Of a DNA stretch of 64,000 nucleotides, positions 1 through 11,300 are shown piece after piece (the first letter of the stretch is position 1; each line of letters opens with the position of its first letter). Source of the stretch: Methanobacteriota archaeon (lineage in GTDB: Archaea > Thermoplasmatota > Poseidoniia > Poseidoniales > Thalassarchaeaceae). Both the position numbers and the translations under genes were made by a program. Location: contig PBMR01000015.1 in NCBI GenBank assembly GCA_002722735.1, positions 33,673-97,672 of the forward strand, given 5' to 3'. The notes beneath the pieces are model-generated. The model was not told where the DNA came from, did no database searches, and was given only the letters and a program-made list of their open reading frames with translations.

Positions 1-975
1 CGAAGTCGTAGTAGACGGATCCTATGGACTTCTTGCCGTTGATGTCGATGCCGTTGCAGTTGACATTTGCAGTGGAGTTGGTGACGCTACCCGCAGAGGT
101 CCTAAGACTGATACCGAAATCGCCACTGGTGATTTCGGCATTGTCGATTTCCACGAATGACTTCTCGGCCCAGATCGCGGCGCGGCCGCGGTCCCGATTC
201 CCGCATCCGTTGTCAGTGCTAGAGAGTGTGATATCACTGAGGGTGAAGGGGGTGATGGAGGACCCCGAGGAGTAAATCTGTAGGGCTGGGCCTACGATGC
301 TTCTGCTATCATCGCTGCCCACGACGAAGGTGCCGCCGACAAAGGTGGGTTGAGCGAGGTCCGTAGTTAGGACGCTACTGGTATTGACATTCAAGAACTC
401 AAGGTTGGTCAGAGTAGGGCTCGCACCATCTAGAACGAGGGCTGCGTAACGAAACTCACTGACTGCTGTGATGTAGTATGGCATCCCCCAGGGACCGTCG
501 AAAGTGACGTACCTCATCCCCGTCTCAGATAGATCGATGCTGCTCCTCATTAGCACCCCCTCGTTGCATGATGGGTCGTCGATCCAGATTTCCTGATTGC
601 TCTCGGACATGCCATAGCACTCCCCATTGGCACTGGAGTTGAGAGGCGCTTCCCACCTGAGGGTGATTCTCATCGAATCGTCGGCATTGCTGCTGCTGCC
701 ACACGAGACCACCCCGGCGCATAGGCTGCCACGAACGTCAAGATGGGTCCCATTGGGAAAGGAAATCGTGGCTCCCGCGTTGATGATGAGTTTAGCACCC
801 GGTGCGATTGTCACATCTCCAGTCAGTGTGTGTGTTCCAGCCCAAGTCTCAGTGCCCGTGATGGTGCCAGAGGTGGTCTCGTTGGACGCACTAACCGGAT
901 AGGCTGGTAGCACTAATGACAGTAGGATGCTAGTCAAGAAGAGGGCAGCGAGAGAAATGGAGCCGGCCTTTCCAC
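1..975 (-). CDS. Secreted protein, N-terminal part (gene runs off the window start); signal peptide, possible beta-helix/adhesin-like repeats
   Basis: Reverse-complement translation from ATG at ~975 is open to position 1 (MARCGKAGSISLAALFLTSILLSLVLPAYPVSASNETTSG...). The N-terminus is hydrophobic and signal-peptide-like, followed by G/S/T/N-rich repeats. It is absent from the ORF track because it has no stop in the window. Confidence 0.5.
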
Positions 976-1041
976 AACGCGCCATGGCTCCGGGTTCCAT
1001 CGGGGCGATTTAACCGTAGGGTAATATCGAGCCCTGAAATC

Positions 1042-2277
1042 TCAAATAGAGTTGAACTCGAGTGCCACTTGATCGGACCATGCTTTCGCATCCAGGACAC
1101 CATAACCTATCTTCGGGTCATGAGAACTTTGTTGGGAAGGGGTTTTTTGAGCCGATTTGGCCAACGCGACCTTGACAAGTGCCATCTCGTCTAGGTCAAT
1201 TATTCCATTCTGCCCGGCGATAATCTGGCCGTGTTCCTCCAGTAATAGAGCTAGAGCACCAGTGACCAATACTGTGGAGTCGCTGGTTCCTGTAGAGTAC
1301 GCGTAAGGGGGGTCGCTACTGCTTGAAACGCAAGACCACAGAAGTACGCCGGGGGCTGAGATCTCAGGCTTCTGATTTGGAAACGTTCTGTTCTCGCCTG
1401 AGTGTGGGTCGACAGTAGCACCAATAGCGCTATCTTTCCAAGCAGCCCCGTTTCGACCATGTGCTCCAACCGCGATGACCCCCTCGATGCTTGCAGGTGT
1501 CGAGACGTCATAGCCATCAGTGAATGAGTTCATGTTCCCCGCAGCGGCTATGACGAAGATGCCATCTTCCAAGGCCTCAGCCACAGCCTCAACGGTTTCT
1601 GATTCCACCCCCATCCCCGAACCCGGCTCACTGCCTAGGCTTAGAGAGATGATGTCAGCGTGCTGAGTGATACGGCACCAACGTATTGCCTGGGACACCA
1701 TTCGCTCGTCGGACGACTTTCCCGTAGGCCCCAGAGCGATTGCTATTGAGAGGGAGACCTCAGGGGCGGCACCAATATAGGTGCCGTTGGCAACAAGAAG
1801 GCCGGCCATTAGCGTACCGTGTCCCTCATTCCCGATGTCCCTGACATTATCATGCTCGTCGCCGTAGAAGTCCCTGAAACCCGCTAGGTGGATATTGGAG
1901 AAGTCAGGGTGTGAAATGTCGATTCCCGTATCCACGATGCACACGTTAACCCCGCTGCCGAATGTACCTGAACTCTGCAGTTCCCTGATTCCGGTATCCT
2001 CGTATGCCCATTCCGAGTCAGGCAGAACGAGTCCTAAGAAGGGCGCAATAAGGCTCCAAGTCAACAATAGGAATACAATTGTCAAGGAAAACATGATTGC
2101 CCCCCACGGCCAAAGCACCGTCATTATCGGGCCGGCGGGCCATCGCATCTCCCTAGCCTCCTCGTCGGAAATCCCATAGGCTTGGCCGGGGTAACCCGGG
2201 GCATCGCTATCGACTGTTGTAAGCAAGCTTGGCTCATCTGGTTCGGGCATCAGTTCGAGATGCCCGATCCCCGGCAT
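1042..2277 (-). CDS. Subtilisin-like serine protease (peptidase S8) with N-terminal membrane anchor
   Basis: S8 catalytic triad context: VCIVDTGID (Asp), HGTLMAG (His), GTSDSTVLVTGALALL (Ser). One TM helix near the N-terminus (WPWGAIMFSLTIVFLLLTWSLIAPFLGLVL). The track start at 2280 is GTG; an ATG follows immediately (MPGIG). Confidence 0.8.
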   Translation of the reverse strand: MPGIGHLELMPEPDEPSLLTTVDSDAPGYPGQAYGISDEEAREMRWPAGPIMTVLWPWGAIMFSLTIVFLLLTWSLIAPFLGLVLPDSEWAYEDTGIRELQSSGTFGSGVNVCIVDTGIDISHPDFSNIHLAGFRDFYGDEHDNVRDIGNEGHGTLMAGLLVANGTYIGAAPEVSLSIAIALGPTGKSSDERMVSQAIRWCRITQHADIISLSLGSEPGSGMGVESETVEAVAEALEDGIFVIAAAGNMNSFTDGYDVSTPASIEGVIAVGAHGRNGAAWKDSAIGATVDPHSGENRTFPNQKPEISAPGVLLWSCVSSSSDPPYAYSTGTSDSTVLVTGALALLLEEHGQIIAGQNGIIDLDEMALVKVALAKSAQKTPSQQSSHDPKIGYGVLDAKAWSDQVALEFNSI

Positions 2278-2322
2278 CACTGACCCTCATGATTCAGAGA
2301 GTCGGCCCCCCTATCACCCATT

Positions 2323-5300
2323 TCAGAAGGGGGCTCCCGGCCTTCTTCCTGTCCGGCGGGTCAGAGACCATAATGCCAATGCGAGCATGAGCAGTAGTAG
2401 ATAGGTAATCCACCCAAGCACTTCTTCCTCGGCCTCGGGCCAGAGTTGTGCCTCCATCACGCACACCAATACCTCGTCCACCTGCTCTGAACAAGACTCC
2501 AAATCATCCCCCTCATTGAATCCGGGGGGGACGATTTCGAAGATGATGAAGTACTTGTTAGTGGTGAAATTACTGAAGTCCATGGGGACGTAAAATAACG
2601 AGCTGCCCTGTTCTGGGACGTCGCTTACTACAGTCGAGTTCACCCCAGCAGTTGACTCGCACCTGATGTCGTTACACAGTCTTGCCCGCAGAGTGACGTC
2701 CTCTGCACTGACATGTGCCTCATTTACCACTTCCACCACATAAACTGGCTTCTGGCCCGCGATGGGGTTTCCACCACCTTGGAGCTGGATTGTGTTTCCA
2801 CGAATCGAGATGGCGGGCGAGTCCCTGAGGAGAGTGATGTGGTAGTCATAGGAATTGTTGTCGCTATCCCTCACAGTGAACTCGATCGTGTACTCCGGGA
2901 GGGGCCCCTCTTCCCCCTCGACTGCGTATGAGAGGGACATAGTCGTAATTCCCTCCGAGAATGGGGAGATTGGTTGCATCGTTGGCATTCCCACGTTCCA
3001 GTGCTCCGTTGATTGGTAGTCGAAAGTCAGGAGGTCGTCGCTGTTCCCCAGATTTTGGTACGGAATCTCCACGTTCAGGAGTTTTTCCCCGGAACTGAAG
3101 TAGACTGTGTCTACGTAGTCCTCGGTTACATCGAATCCCGAGAGCTTGGGGACCACCACCGACAGGCTGTGGTCGATGGAATAGCCTTCGGCAGTCGAGA
3201 GCTTGATCAGGATAGTGTGACCGAGTTGGAAATGGTGGGCTTGGCTCTTGTTGGCTGGACTGACTCTGACAACAAAGTTGTCTATCGTCTCAGTGTTATC
3301 GAGGCCCATCTCGAACGAGGCAGTGCTGTTCCATCCTCCGGAGGCATTCTCGAACTGGACAAGCCAGAGACCGCCGTCCGTCCCAAGGACTGTACCCGCA
3401 ACGTCGTATGTGTCGTATGGATTGTGTCCGGAGTAATTGATGTGCAAGATGAATTCTACAGGCAGGTATTCGCAGTCGGGCTCGGCTTCGCAGTCGGGGT
3501 CTAGCTCCAATGTGACAGCGCTTTCCCCGATGGCCGAGATTTCGATGTCCTGATTAGAGGCCCGTTCCAAGCTAAGTGTCTTTAGAGGGCTGTCCTGGCC
3601 GGCCCTCATTGTAACGCCTTGACCGCCAGAGTATGACATGTTCCTACTCCGTTGTTCAATCTCAAAGTCACTCGATGCATCGATTCGCCCAGTGGGCAGT
3701 AGCATCTCGAGGATTCCGTCCCCGTCCAATTCCTCGGACCATTCCACCCCCATTCCGACCGATATCACAAGATCGTAGTCATCAATCTCCAAAAGGGAGT
3801 GCGATTCCCCCTCATAGTCCAACCACTCTGTATCGAGGAAGAGTTTGCCGCCAATCGAGAGGTCTGAATCTACCGAACCCCCATCGGTATCGGCATCAAG
3901 CAAATCTACTGCGACTAGGTAGAGGCCCTCCTCGGGCGAGTCCACAGTGGCGTAGACAATCCATCGTCCGGGTTCCACCGAGGCAACCCACTCACCCGTC
4001 CACCCATCTACTTCGTTGCCAACCTTTTCCGGAACGACCCTTTCCCTGGAAATCCCATGCGTAGGAATCAGCACGATATCCCAGTCATCGTCAAATATCC
4101 ATTCATTGGAAATGTACGAGATGGTCCCGGAAACCTCGACGGATCCTGCGGTAATTTCGATATTCTCGATCTGGCCGATAGCACCTAGGGTGACGAAAAC
4201 TGATTCATTGGCAAAACCCGGCTTTTCCACGGAGATGTTCCACGAACTGCCGGCCGGGAGGTAGATTGCCCAATTGCCGCCATCATCAGTGGTCAACGAA
4301 TGGCTGGTGTTATCGATGGAAGAAATGTTCACTGAGACGTTGGCCAGGCCCTCTCCGAATCCCGGGAGCTCGTCATCATCGAGGTCCCAGTAGACCTTTC
4401 CGCTCATCTCGACGAGTCTTCGTACTGTCAGGTTGACAATATGTTCGACACCGACAGAGACCCCTGATTCGATTAAGGAAGAGTTGTCGATAACCCATCT
4501 CGCTCCCTGATTGTCAGACTGGTTCAATTCTACGTTCCACATCCCGGGGGTCGGTCTGATCTTGATGGTCTCCAAGAAGCCAGAGGTATCCTCAGTGAAG
4601 GAACCCAATCCCTCCTGAGAAGTGAACTTGAGTTCCATCTGGTTGAGACTGGTACCAGAATAATCCTCAAAGAGGACTATCGAAACTTCGGCCAACTCAG
4701 AGGTCTGGAAAAATAATCTGCTCCCGGCGCTGACTTGGGACACGCTAATGAGACGCCGAAGTCCTTCGAAAACATCTGAGCTAGTCTCAAACTCTTTCAC
4801 GATAACGATCCAGTCCCCTTCGAGCAGGTATTCCACTACCCTTCCTTCCTCGTCCGTGAGGAAGGTTTGGATCCAACCGTTGTCGCTATCGACGAACATG
4901 ACCTCGTGATTGGTTAGGAGACTACCGCTCTCGTTGCTGAAGGAGATGTTTACGAGCCATAGGGGCTCGAATCCCACAGACCTCTCAACAGTCGATGAGT
5001 CCATGCCCACTTGGAAAACGTCGTTGAGGTCGTAGAGAGTATCAAAGGGCTCATCGGCTGAGGCATTGGCCCTCTCCACGACAATCCTGTACCTACCTGG
5101 TTCCAGAGATACCTCGGCCCTTCCGGTGGAAACCCATTCGTCGCCATCGACAGTGACTTCGTAACCGGCGCCATTGGCCTCTAACGAATAGACAGAAAAC
5201 GGATATGTCACCGCGGTGCCGTTGGAGGCATTGTTGTCCCTCTCGTGGTCGATAAAGAAGTCGATAATGACCGTGCTGTTACCCTCTGGGTAGACGAGGA

Positions 5301-8300
5301 GTTCTAGATCCCACACGGAAGATGAGTTGATCTCCCTGGCTTCTGTGCTTGAGCCCATTTCTCCGGCATCAAGAACGAATGTCCAGTCCCCCAGAGGAAG
5401 AATCATCTCGAAGTAGCCGTTGGAATCAACCTCCTCCCTCCAAATTCCGTTTGTGACGCCGTCAGTATTGGTGGCGACGACATGGACGCTTTCCCAGCCC
5501 TTGATTGAGTCGCCGTAGTGGTTCCCGAGTCGGTTCAGGCTCACAGTGCCGGTTGCCATGGCACTCGAAACAACGCTCAGCGAAACAACATCCATCCCCT
5601 GTTCCACTGTGAATCGTGTTCCGTTGGATAAGAATCCGTCCATGCCCATGAGGACTTCGACAGTGGCGTACACCACCGCATCCACAGGGAGTATCACACT
5701 GAAGTTGCCGTCTTCGTCAGATGTGGTCGTGAGAGTGAACCCCCCCCATTGGAAAACTACCTCCGCGAGGCCTACGACTTGGGCTGGGATTTCATTTTCC
5801 TGCTTGACGTCTTGGGAGAAGCGCACTGTGCCGTTCACCGTTTGGCTGACTTGAAAGCTGAACGAGTCAGATACGTCCTCCTGGCCGATTTCTATGATTT
5901 GCCAGAGCTGCTTGTCTTCACCCAGAGTGTGGTTTAGTATCCAGGTTCCTTGGGAGAGCTCGGCCCTGTAGGATTCAATATCCGAGTCGTAGATAGCCAT
6001 GACCGGGGCAATAGACCCGTTTTCGGATCGCAGGCTGACCTCTAGGTCCGAGAGAGGGGAGTCCCCATCCAAGAGGGTGAAGTAGAGGTCGGACATTTCC
6101 GGAATGGGGGAGGGGAAAGTTGCCACGGCATCCTCCTCAGGAAGGAATTGGTAGGCCTCAGAAACCTCTGGGAAGCCGTCATCGTCGATGTCGACCTCGA
6201 CTAAGTAGTTACCCGGGATGATCGGTCCAATCTGGAAAGAGCCATCATCATCAGGGATGACCATGCAGGGAGGGGCTACTGTCTGGGAGGAGCACTCCGC
6301 AGTGGCATTCTCGGCCGTGTCGTTGCTTGGGAAGATGGAAATCTGGCTGAAAAGAGGCTCGCCAGATTGGTCGACCAAGCTCCCCTTTATGGCCCCTCCA
6401 GAGATAGAAAGATGCACTGGGGTCTGAAATGCATTCAACCCGATTAGGAAGCTACTCGCCAATCCCACTGCCGTGCCATCATCGAATTCGATAGAGACGT
6501 CGTACTCGCCCGGGAGGGAATCGGCGAAGTGGAAGGAGCCAGGTTGGACCATTGGACCACTGAAAATCCCGGTACCGGAGAACAAGCCTGTACCATTGAT
6601 AGTCCCATAGGCGGGCAGTGACTGCGTGGTGTCGGCCTCAAACTCACCAGATCCCACAAAAGTAGATTGGTCGAGGATTCTTGAGAACTGGCTAGTTTCG
6701 TCTGCGGTGAACCTGCCCGAGGCGTCTACAGTACCATTCACGAGGTAGTCGCCATTTTCGAGCAAACATGAGACAGCCCCATCAGGAATTTCATCGTCAG
6801 GGCAGGCAATGACCTCGATGTTTTCTAGATTCCCTGACAGCGTGCCCTTACCAGTAAACTGGCCCTCTCCGGTGATGCTGTGGTTGTTGAAGATAGTCTG
6901 GGTGTGTGTACCGGTAAAGTCGGTGACTGTCACAACGCCCTGTGAGACAACAGTGCCCTCACCAGTGAGGATGACTTGACCAATGCCGTTGAACTCCAGT
7001 GACTCGCCCTCTACCGTGCCATTTGAGGTGAGTGTTGAATATGGCTCAATGGCAACCTCGTCGGAGGATGGGGTCAGCACCACATGCGAGCCCACGACCG
7101 GATCACCGTCAAAGTCGAGGCCACCGGACCACACCAAGACCCCGGATGCAGAGGAGGGCTGAACTGAGATTGGTGCTTGGATTCGGGATTGGCCATTACT
7201 ATGGCCATCAGACCCAGAGACATTGACTATGGTCTCGGAGAGCCAGGTCGAGCCCGAGACGTTGCCTAGGATCCCCGTAATCGGGTTGATGTTTCTCTGT
7301 TGGTTGTGCTCGGTGAACAGCTCATACATCGAGTCACCGAGGTTAGAAGCCGTGGAGGGAGTTATCGACAAGCGAGCAGCCTCGAGATCAGGCTCGCCAG
7401 AGAAGGCAGAGACCCTAATCTTCCCCGAAGGGACAGTGAAGGAATACTCTCCGTTTTCGTTGGCTTGGGTATGGCCAATCGGAATCCAAAACGTACGCTC
7501 GTCTCCGTCGATCACGCTACCGTTCTCATCCGGTTCCTCTTCACCGCTGAATGCATCCCTCTCTATCAGGATCCTAGCATTTGGGACTGGTCCGATTCCT
7601 TCCAACTCGACCGTGCCCTCGACAGTAGCGCCACTGTAGTACTTGAGTACCTTTACAACCCTGTTCGAGTCATAAATTGTGCCGCATAACTGGCTGATCT
7701 TGGCACCAGTCTCATTGAGCTCACACTCGCTGTCGTCGTACCAGTTGGAGATGACGAAGTGATTCATCATCGCTCCGGGCAGGGCGAAAGCGTACTCCAA
7801 GGGAGAGCCCGGGGCACCCTTGATGTTCGTCTGCTGAGGGTTGAGCCAGACGGCTGGAGTCTCGGCATCTCCGGGAAGCCCCAAAGTCGAGGACCCGTAT
7901 CCAACGTAGACCCTAGCGACCATGGTCTCGAAGAACTCCGGTTGGTGCTGGTAGTCGATGTCGGTCATCCTGATGACCTCGGAGGGGTCTGAGGATACCC
8001 CAGAGGCCTGATCAATCAGGTCCCTTTGGTACGCTTCCTCGTATTGAGCCTGGGTCATCTCATCGGCTCCGGTCGGGTCATCACCCCTCTGGGTCTGGTA
8101 CATGGTGGAGATGTAGGTCCGCAAATCCAGTCCCGAGAGGTGCGTTGGCGCATGGAAGATGCCTGTCGTCTGCCCGCGATGGTATGATTGGTCCTCGTAG
8201 TAAGAGCCACCAAGGGGAAAGAGTCTGTTGTCGACGGCGAAGTAGCGAATCTCGTTATTTCGGGTCACTGTGCTTCCCAGTGGGGAGTCGTAGTCAGATA

Positions 8301-11300
8301 CCTCGTACTCGATTGAGGTGATGCCATGGTAGATGTCGACTAGGGTCCCCATATCGAAGGCGGTGATGAGGAAGGCGCGCATCATCCCCAGCCTTGCATT
8401 GTTTCTGTTCAGCGCAGTGGAAATGTCGTAGTATTCCTCTATCAGGTCCTTGGTGTACCTGTAACCACCAATGTCGTAGTGCACTGGCTCACCGATTTCC
8501 ACCGTGGCTGATGAGGCGCGGGTCACGTTGAACAGGGTCATGGCTTCGGATTGGCTGGAAGTGGGCTCGGAGACTTGGACGCCATCTTCGACAACCATCC
8601 AGACCTTTTCTAGTTGGGGAAGGCCATCGCTCCCAAGCCGCTCGCCGTACAGGAGTTCGACGTCATCGTACACTGCTACGACACCCATGGATCTGTTGAG
8701 GACGAAATCCCTGTTGCTGTTGGAGAGTATGCTCTCGAACTCCCCGACCTGCCCCAGGGTCATGTGCTCGCTTAGGGAAGCGATGAAATCATCGCCAAGT
8801 TGTCCGGAGTTCGACTTCTTATCGCCCTGAGCCAAGGTGGCGATGAACATGGACAGGGTGTCTTCTTGTCCGGCTGACAATAGCATCCCCCCACTGTTCG
8901 GGATTCCCGACTGGAAGTTGTCAGCAACGGTGGGATGTTGGCCCGAGGCCAGGGCCTGGAATCCGTAGTCCCACCAAGAGACAAAAGCAGGACGCTCGCT
9001 GAAACCTTGATCCGAGTCCTGCTCAGACAGCCAGTCGTAGGCGTGATTCCAGCCCTGGCTGTTAAAGCTGGGGCCGAACGTGCCCATGTACCAGAGGCCA
9101 GAGGCATCGGGATTGTACTCCTTGCCGTTCATTACGGAGAAAATATTGAAGAAGTCCTCCCTCAGTATGTCCGGAGCGATGTCGTAGATTGCCAAGTCGA
9201 CATCATAGGCCGATTCCTCCCCTCTTGGGATGCCTGAGTCAATCCCATAGGTGGAGTGCTGAGAGGTGACTAGCAGTAGGACAATCAGAATCGCCGGGAT
9301 GCCAGGACGAGCCTTCGTCGCAGGCCACAGTGATCTGAACCGGGCCCTAGGCGTCCCAATGCCTGACCTCCGCCATTCTTTGACGAATTCTGAGGAATTG
9401 GCACTGCCCCAGAGCATGGCGATACCGATTCCGCCCACCACCGCCATAGCAGGGGTTGCGTTGATGATGAATCTACCAGCGGTCCATGCCATGTATGTCG
9501 CGATGATTACCCAAAGCCCCAATAGCGTCATCTCGGACTTGTTCCGGCGACTCCCCCTCCATAGGAGGACAAAGCCACACCCAATTGCTATCAGAGCAAC
9601 CACGGGGCCATATGAGGCGAATAGCACCCCTCGACTGGGCGCCTGTGCCTCGCCAATGGTCCCGAAGATCTTGTTCTTTGAGAAGTAGAATCCCCCTGTG
9701 AAAAGTATGTCCCACCCACTGTATATCTCGAAGGTTTGGAGCAGGTAAAGAGCGGCTAGAATCGAACCGAACAGAGTCGTTCCGGTGATGATTACGAGAA
9801 GCCATGGCTTGTCCCTGAATGAGCTGGCCACCCAACCCAATGCAAATGTGAAGCCGATGATGTAGAACATCGGCTGCATGCCGCTGGGCGCGAAGACCAG
9901 GTTCAGGCCGGGCCAGCCGTAGAACGGCAGAGGTAGGAGGATTGCTGTCATCATCATCTGCAGCGCGGCAGCAGTGAACTGGAGGCTGTCCCTGCCACGG
10001 AAGATGTTGAAGGCAACCTGAACGGAATATGCAAGGAATAGGATTCCGGGACCGTAGACGAATCCCTTCCAGCCCAGCGCCATCAGGGTGAAGGCAATCC
10101 CGGACATCGTGGCGTTTGCCATAACCTTGGGGTTCTGCTTCCAGCTCTCCCTCATTCCGGCAAGCAGGTAGAGTGGGTTCCGACTGGTAGATTCGAATAT
10201 CCTCTTGTGCTCGAGTCCTGAAAGCGCCCTGATCCAGAAGTAGATTGCCGTTGCTAGGAAAAGCATGGCAAATGAGTCGTGGTCGGCCATGGCGAATGTC
10301 GACCTGCTAATGTGACCAGGCATCAGTGCGATCAGCCACGCAGACAGGATGCCGGCAGTTCTGCTGTGGACCTTGGTGGCAATTCCAGCGATGGGGATTA
10401 CGATTAGGGCCCCGTAGATTGCTGGAAGGGCGGAGACGCTCCACCAGACAGCCTCCTCTGCGGGAATCTCAAGTAGCCAGGAGAGGCCTAGGCCCCCTAG
10501 AGCGAGGGACCACGAGAACAGTGGCGGTCGAGGGTTCACGCCCCCTAGGGGGTACGCCCTATCGTGATCGAAGATGAGGTGGCTTCTCTCGGCAATCACA
10601 TAGTCGACGACCCTCTTCATGTACCATGGGTCAGACCCCCCAGTCATGTCCCAAAGACCCGTTCCAGAAGCGTTCATCGCCGGGATTACGTTCCATGCGG
10701 CCCTTACTACCAGCGCAGTTACCAAAGCTAGGCTGACCATAATCCCGTAGGAATTGGTCTTCCACCAGATTCTGAAGCCGCTTGGCTCCCTTTGAGGGGA
10801 GGTGTCCCCGAATACCCCTCGAGATGCAGCCATAATTCCGAATAGGTTCAGCCAGAAGCCGAGGAAGAACCACGAGAACGAGCCAATCATCCCCCCTTCG
10901 TCAAGAGGGGAGGGGAACTCGTTGCCGATCTCGTGAAGATGGCCCAACGTGTACAGTACCCAATTGATCGCTAGCAACGCACCGAGGACGTGCCAGCCCT
11001 CGGCCCGGAAGAAAGAGTGCAATAGGAGGGCAAATGTCGTGAACATCGCCCAAACGACCCCGAGATGACTGGACTCGGAGAAAGCCCCCAAGTCCTCGAT
11101 CTGCCCCATCCACACTAGGGGGATCAAATGGGCTACAAAGATGAGGGCAGCGTAGGATGGCGTCTCTAGGCTCCGTGCGGGCGTAGGGAGCACAGACATC
11201 ATCGAGCCGGAGCCCACTTCCTCCAATGTGCCCCTCAGAGCAATCATGACAGTAATTCCAAGTGCAACCGATGCAAACCAGAACGCAAAGAAGGCGGAGC

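Noticed and set aside
2323-2420. Possible PGF-CTERM/archaeosortase sorting signal at the C-terminus of the giant AglB protein (ends ...RRTGRRPGAPF)
   Set aside because: PGF-CTERM requires the PGF tripeptide immediately before the TM helix. Here the P-G-A-P-F residues come after the helix and basic stretch, so this is a plain C-terminal TM anchor.
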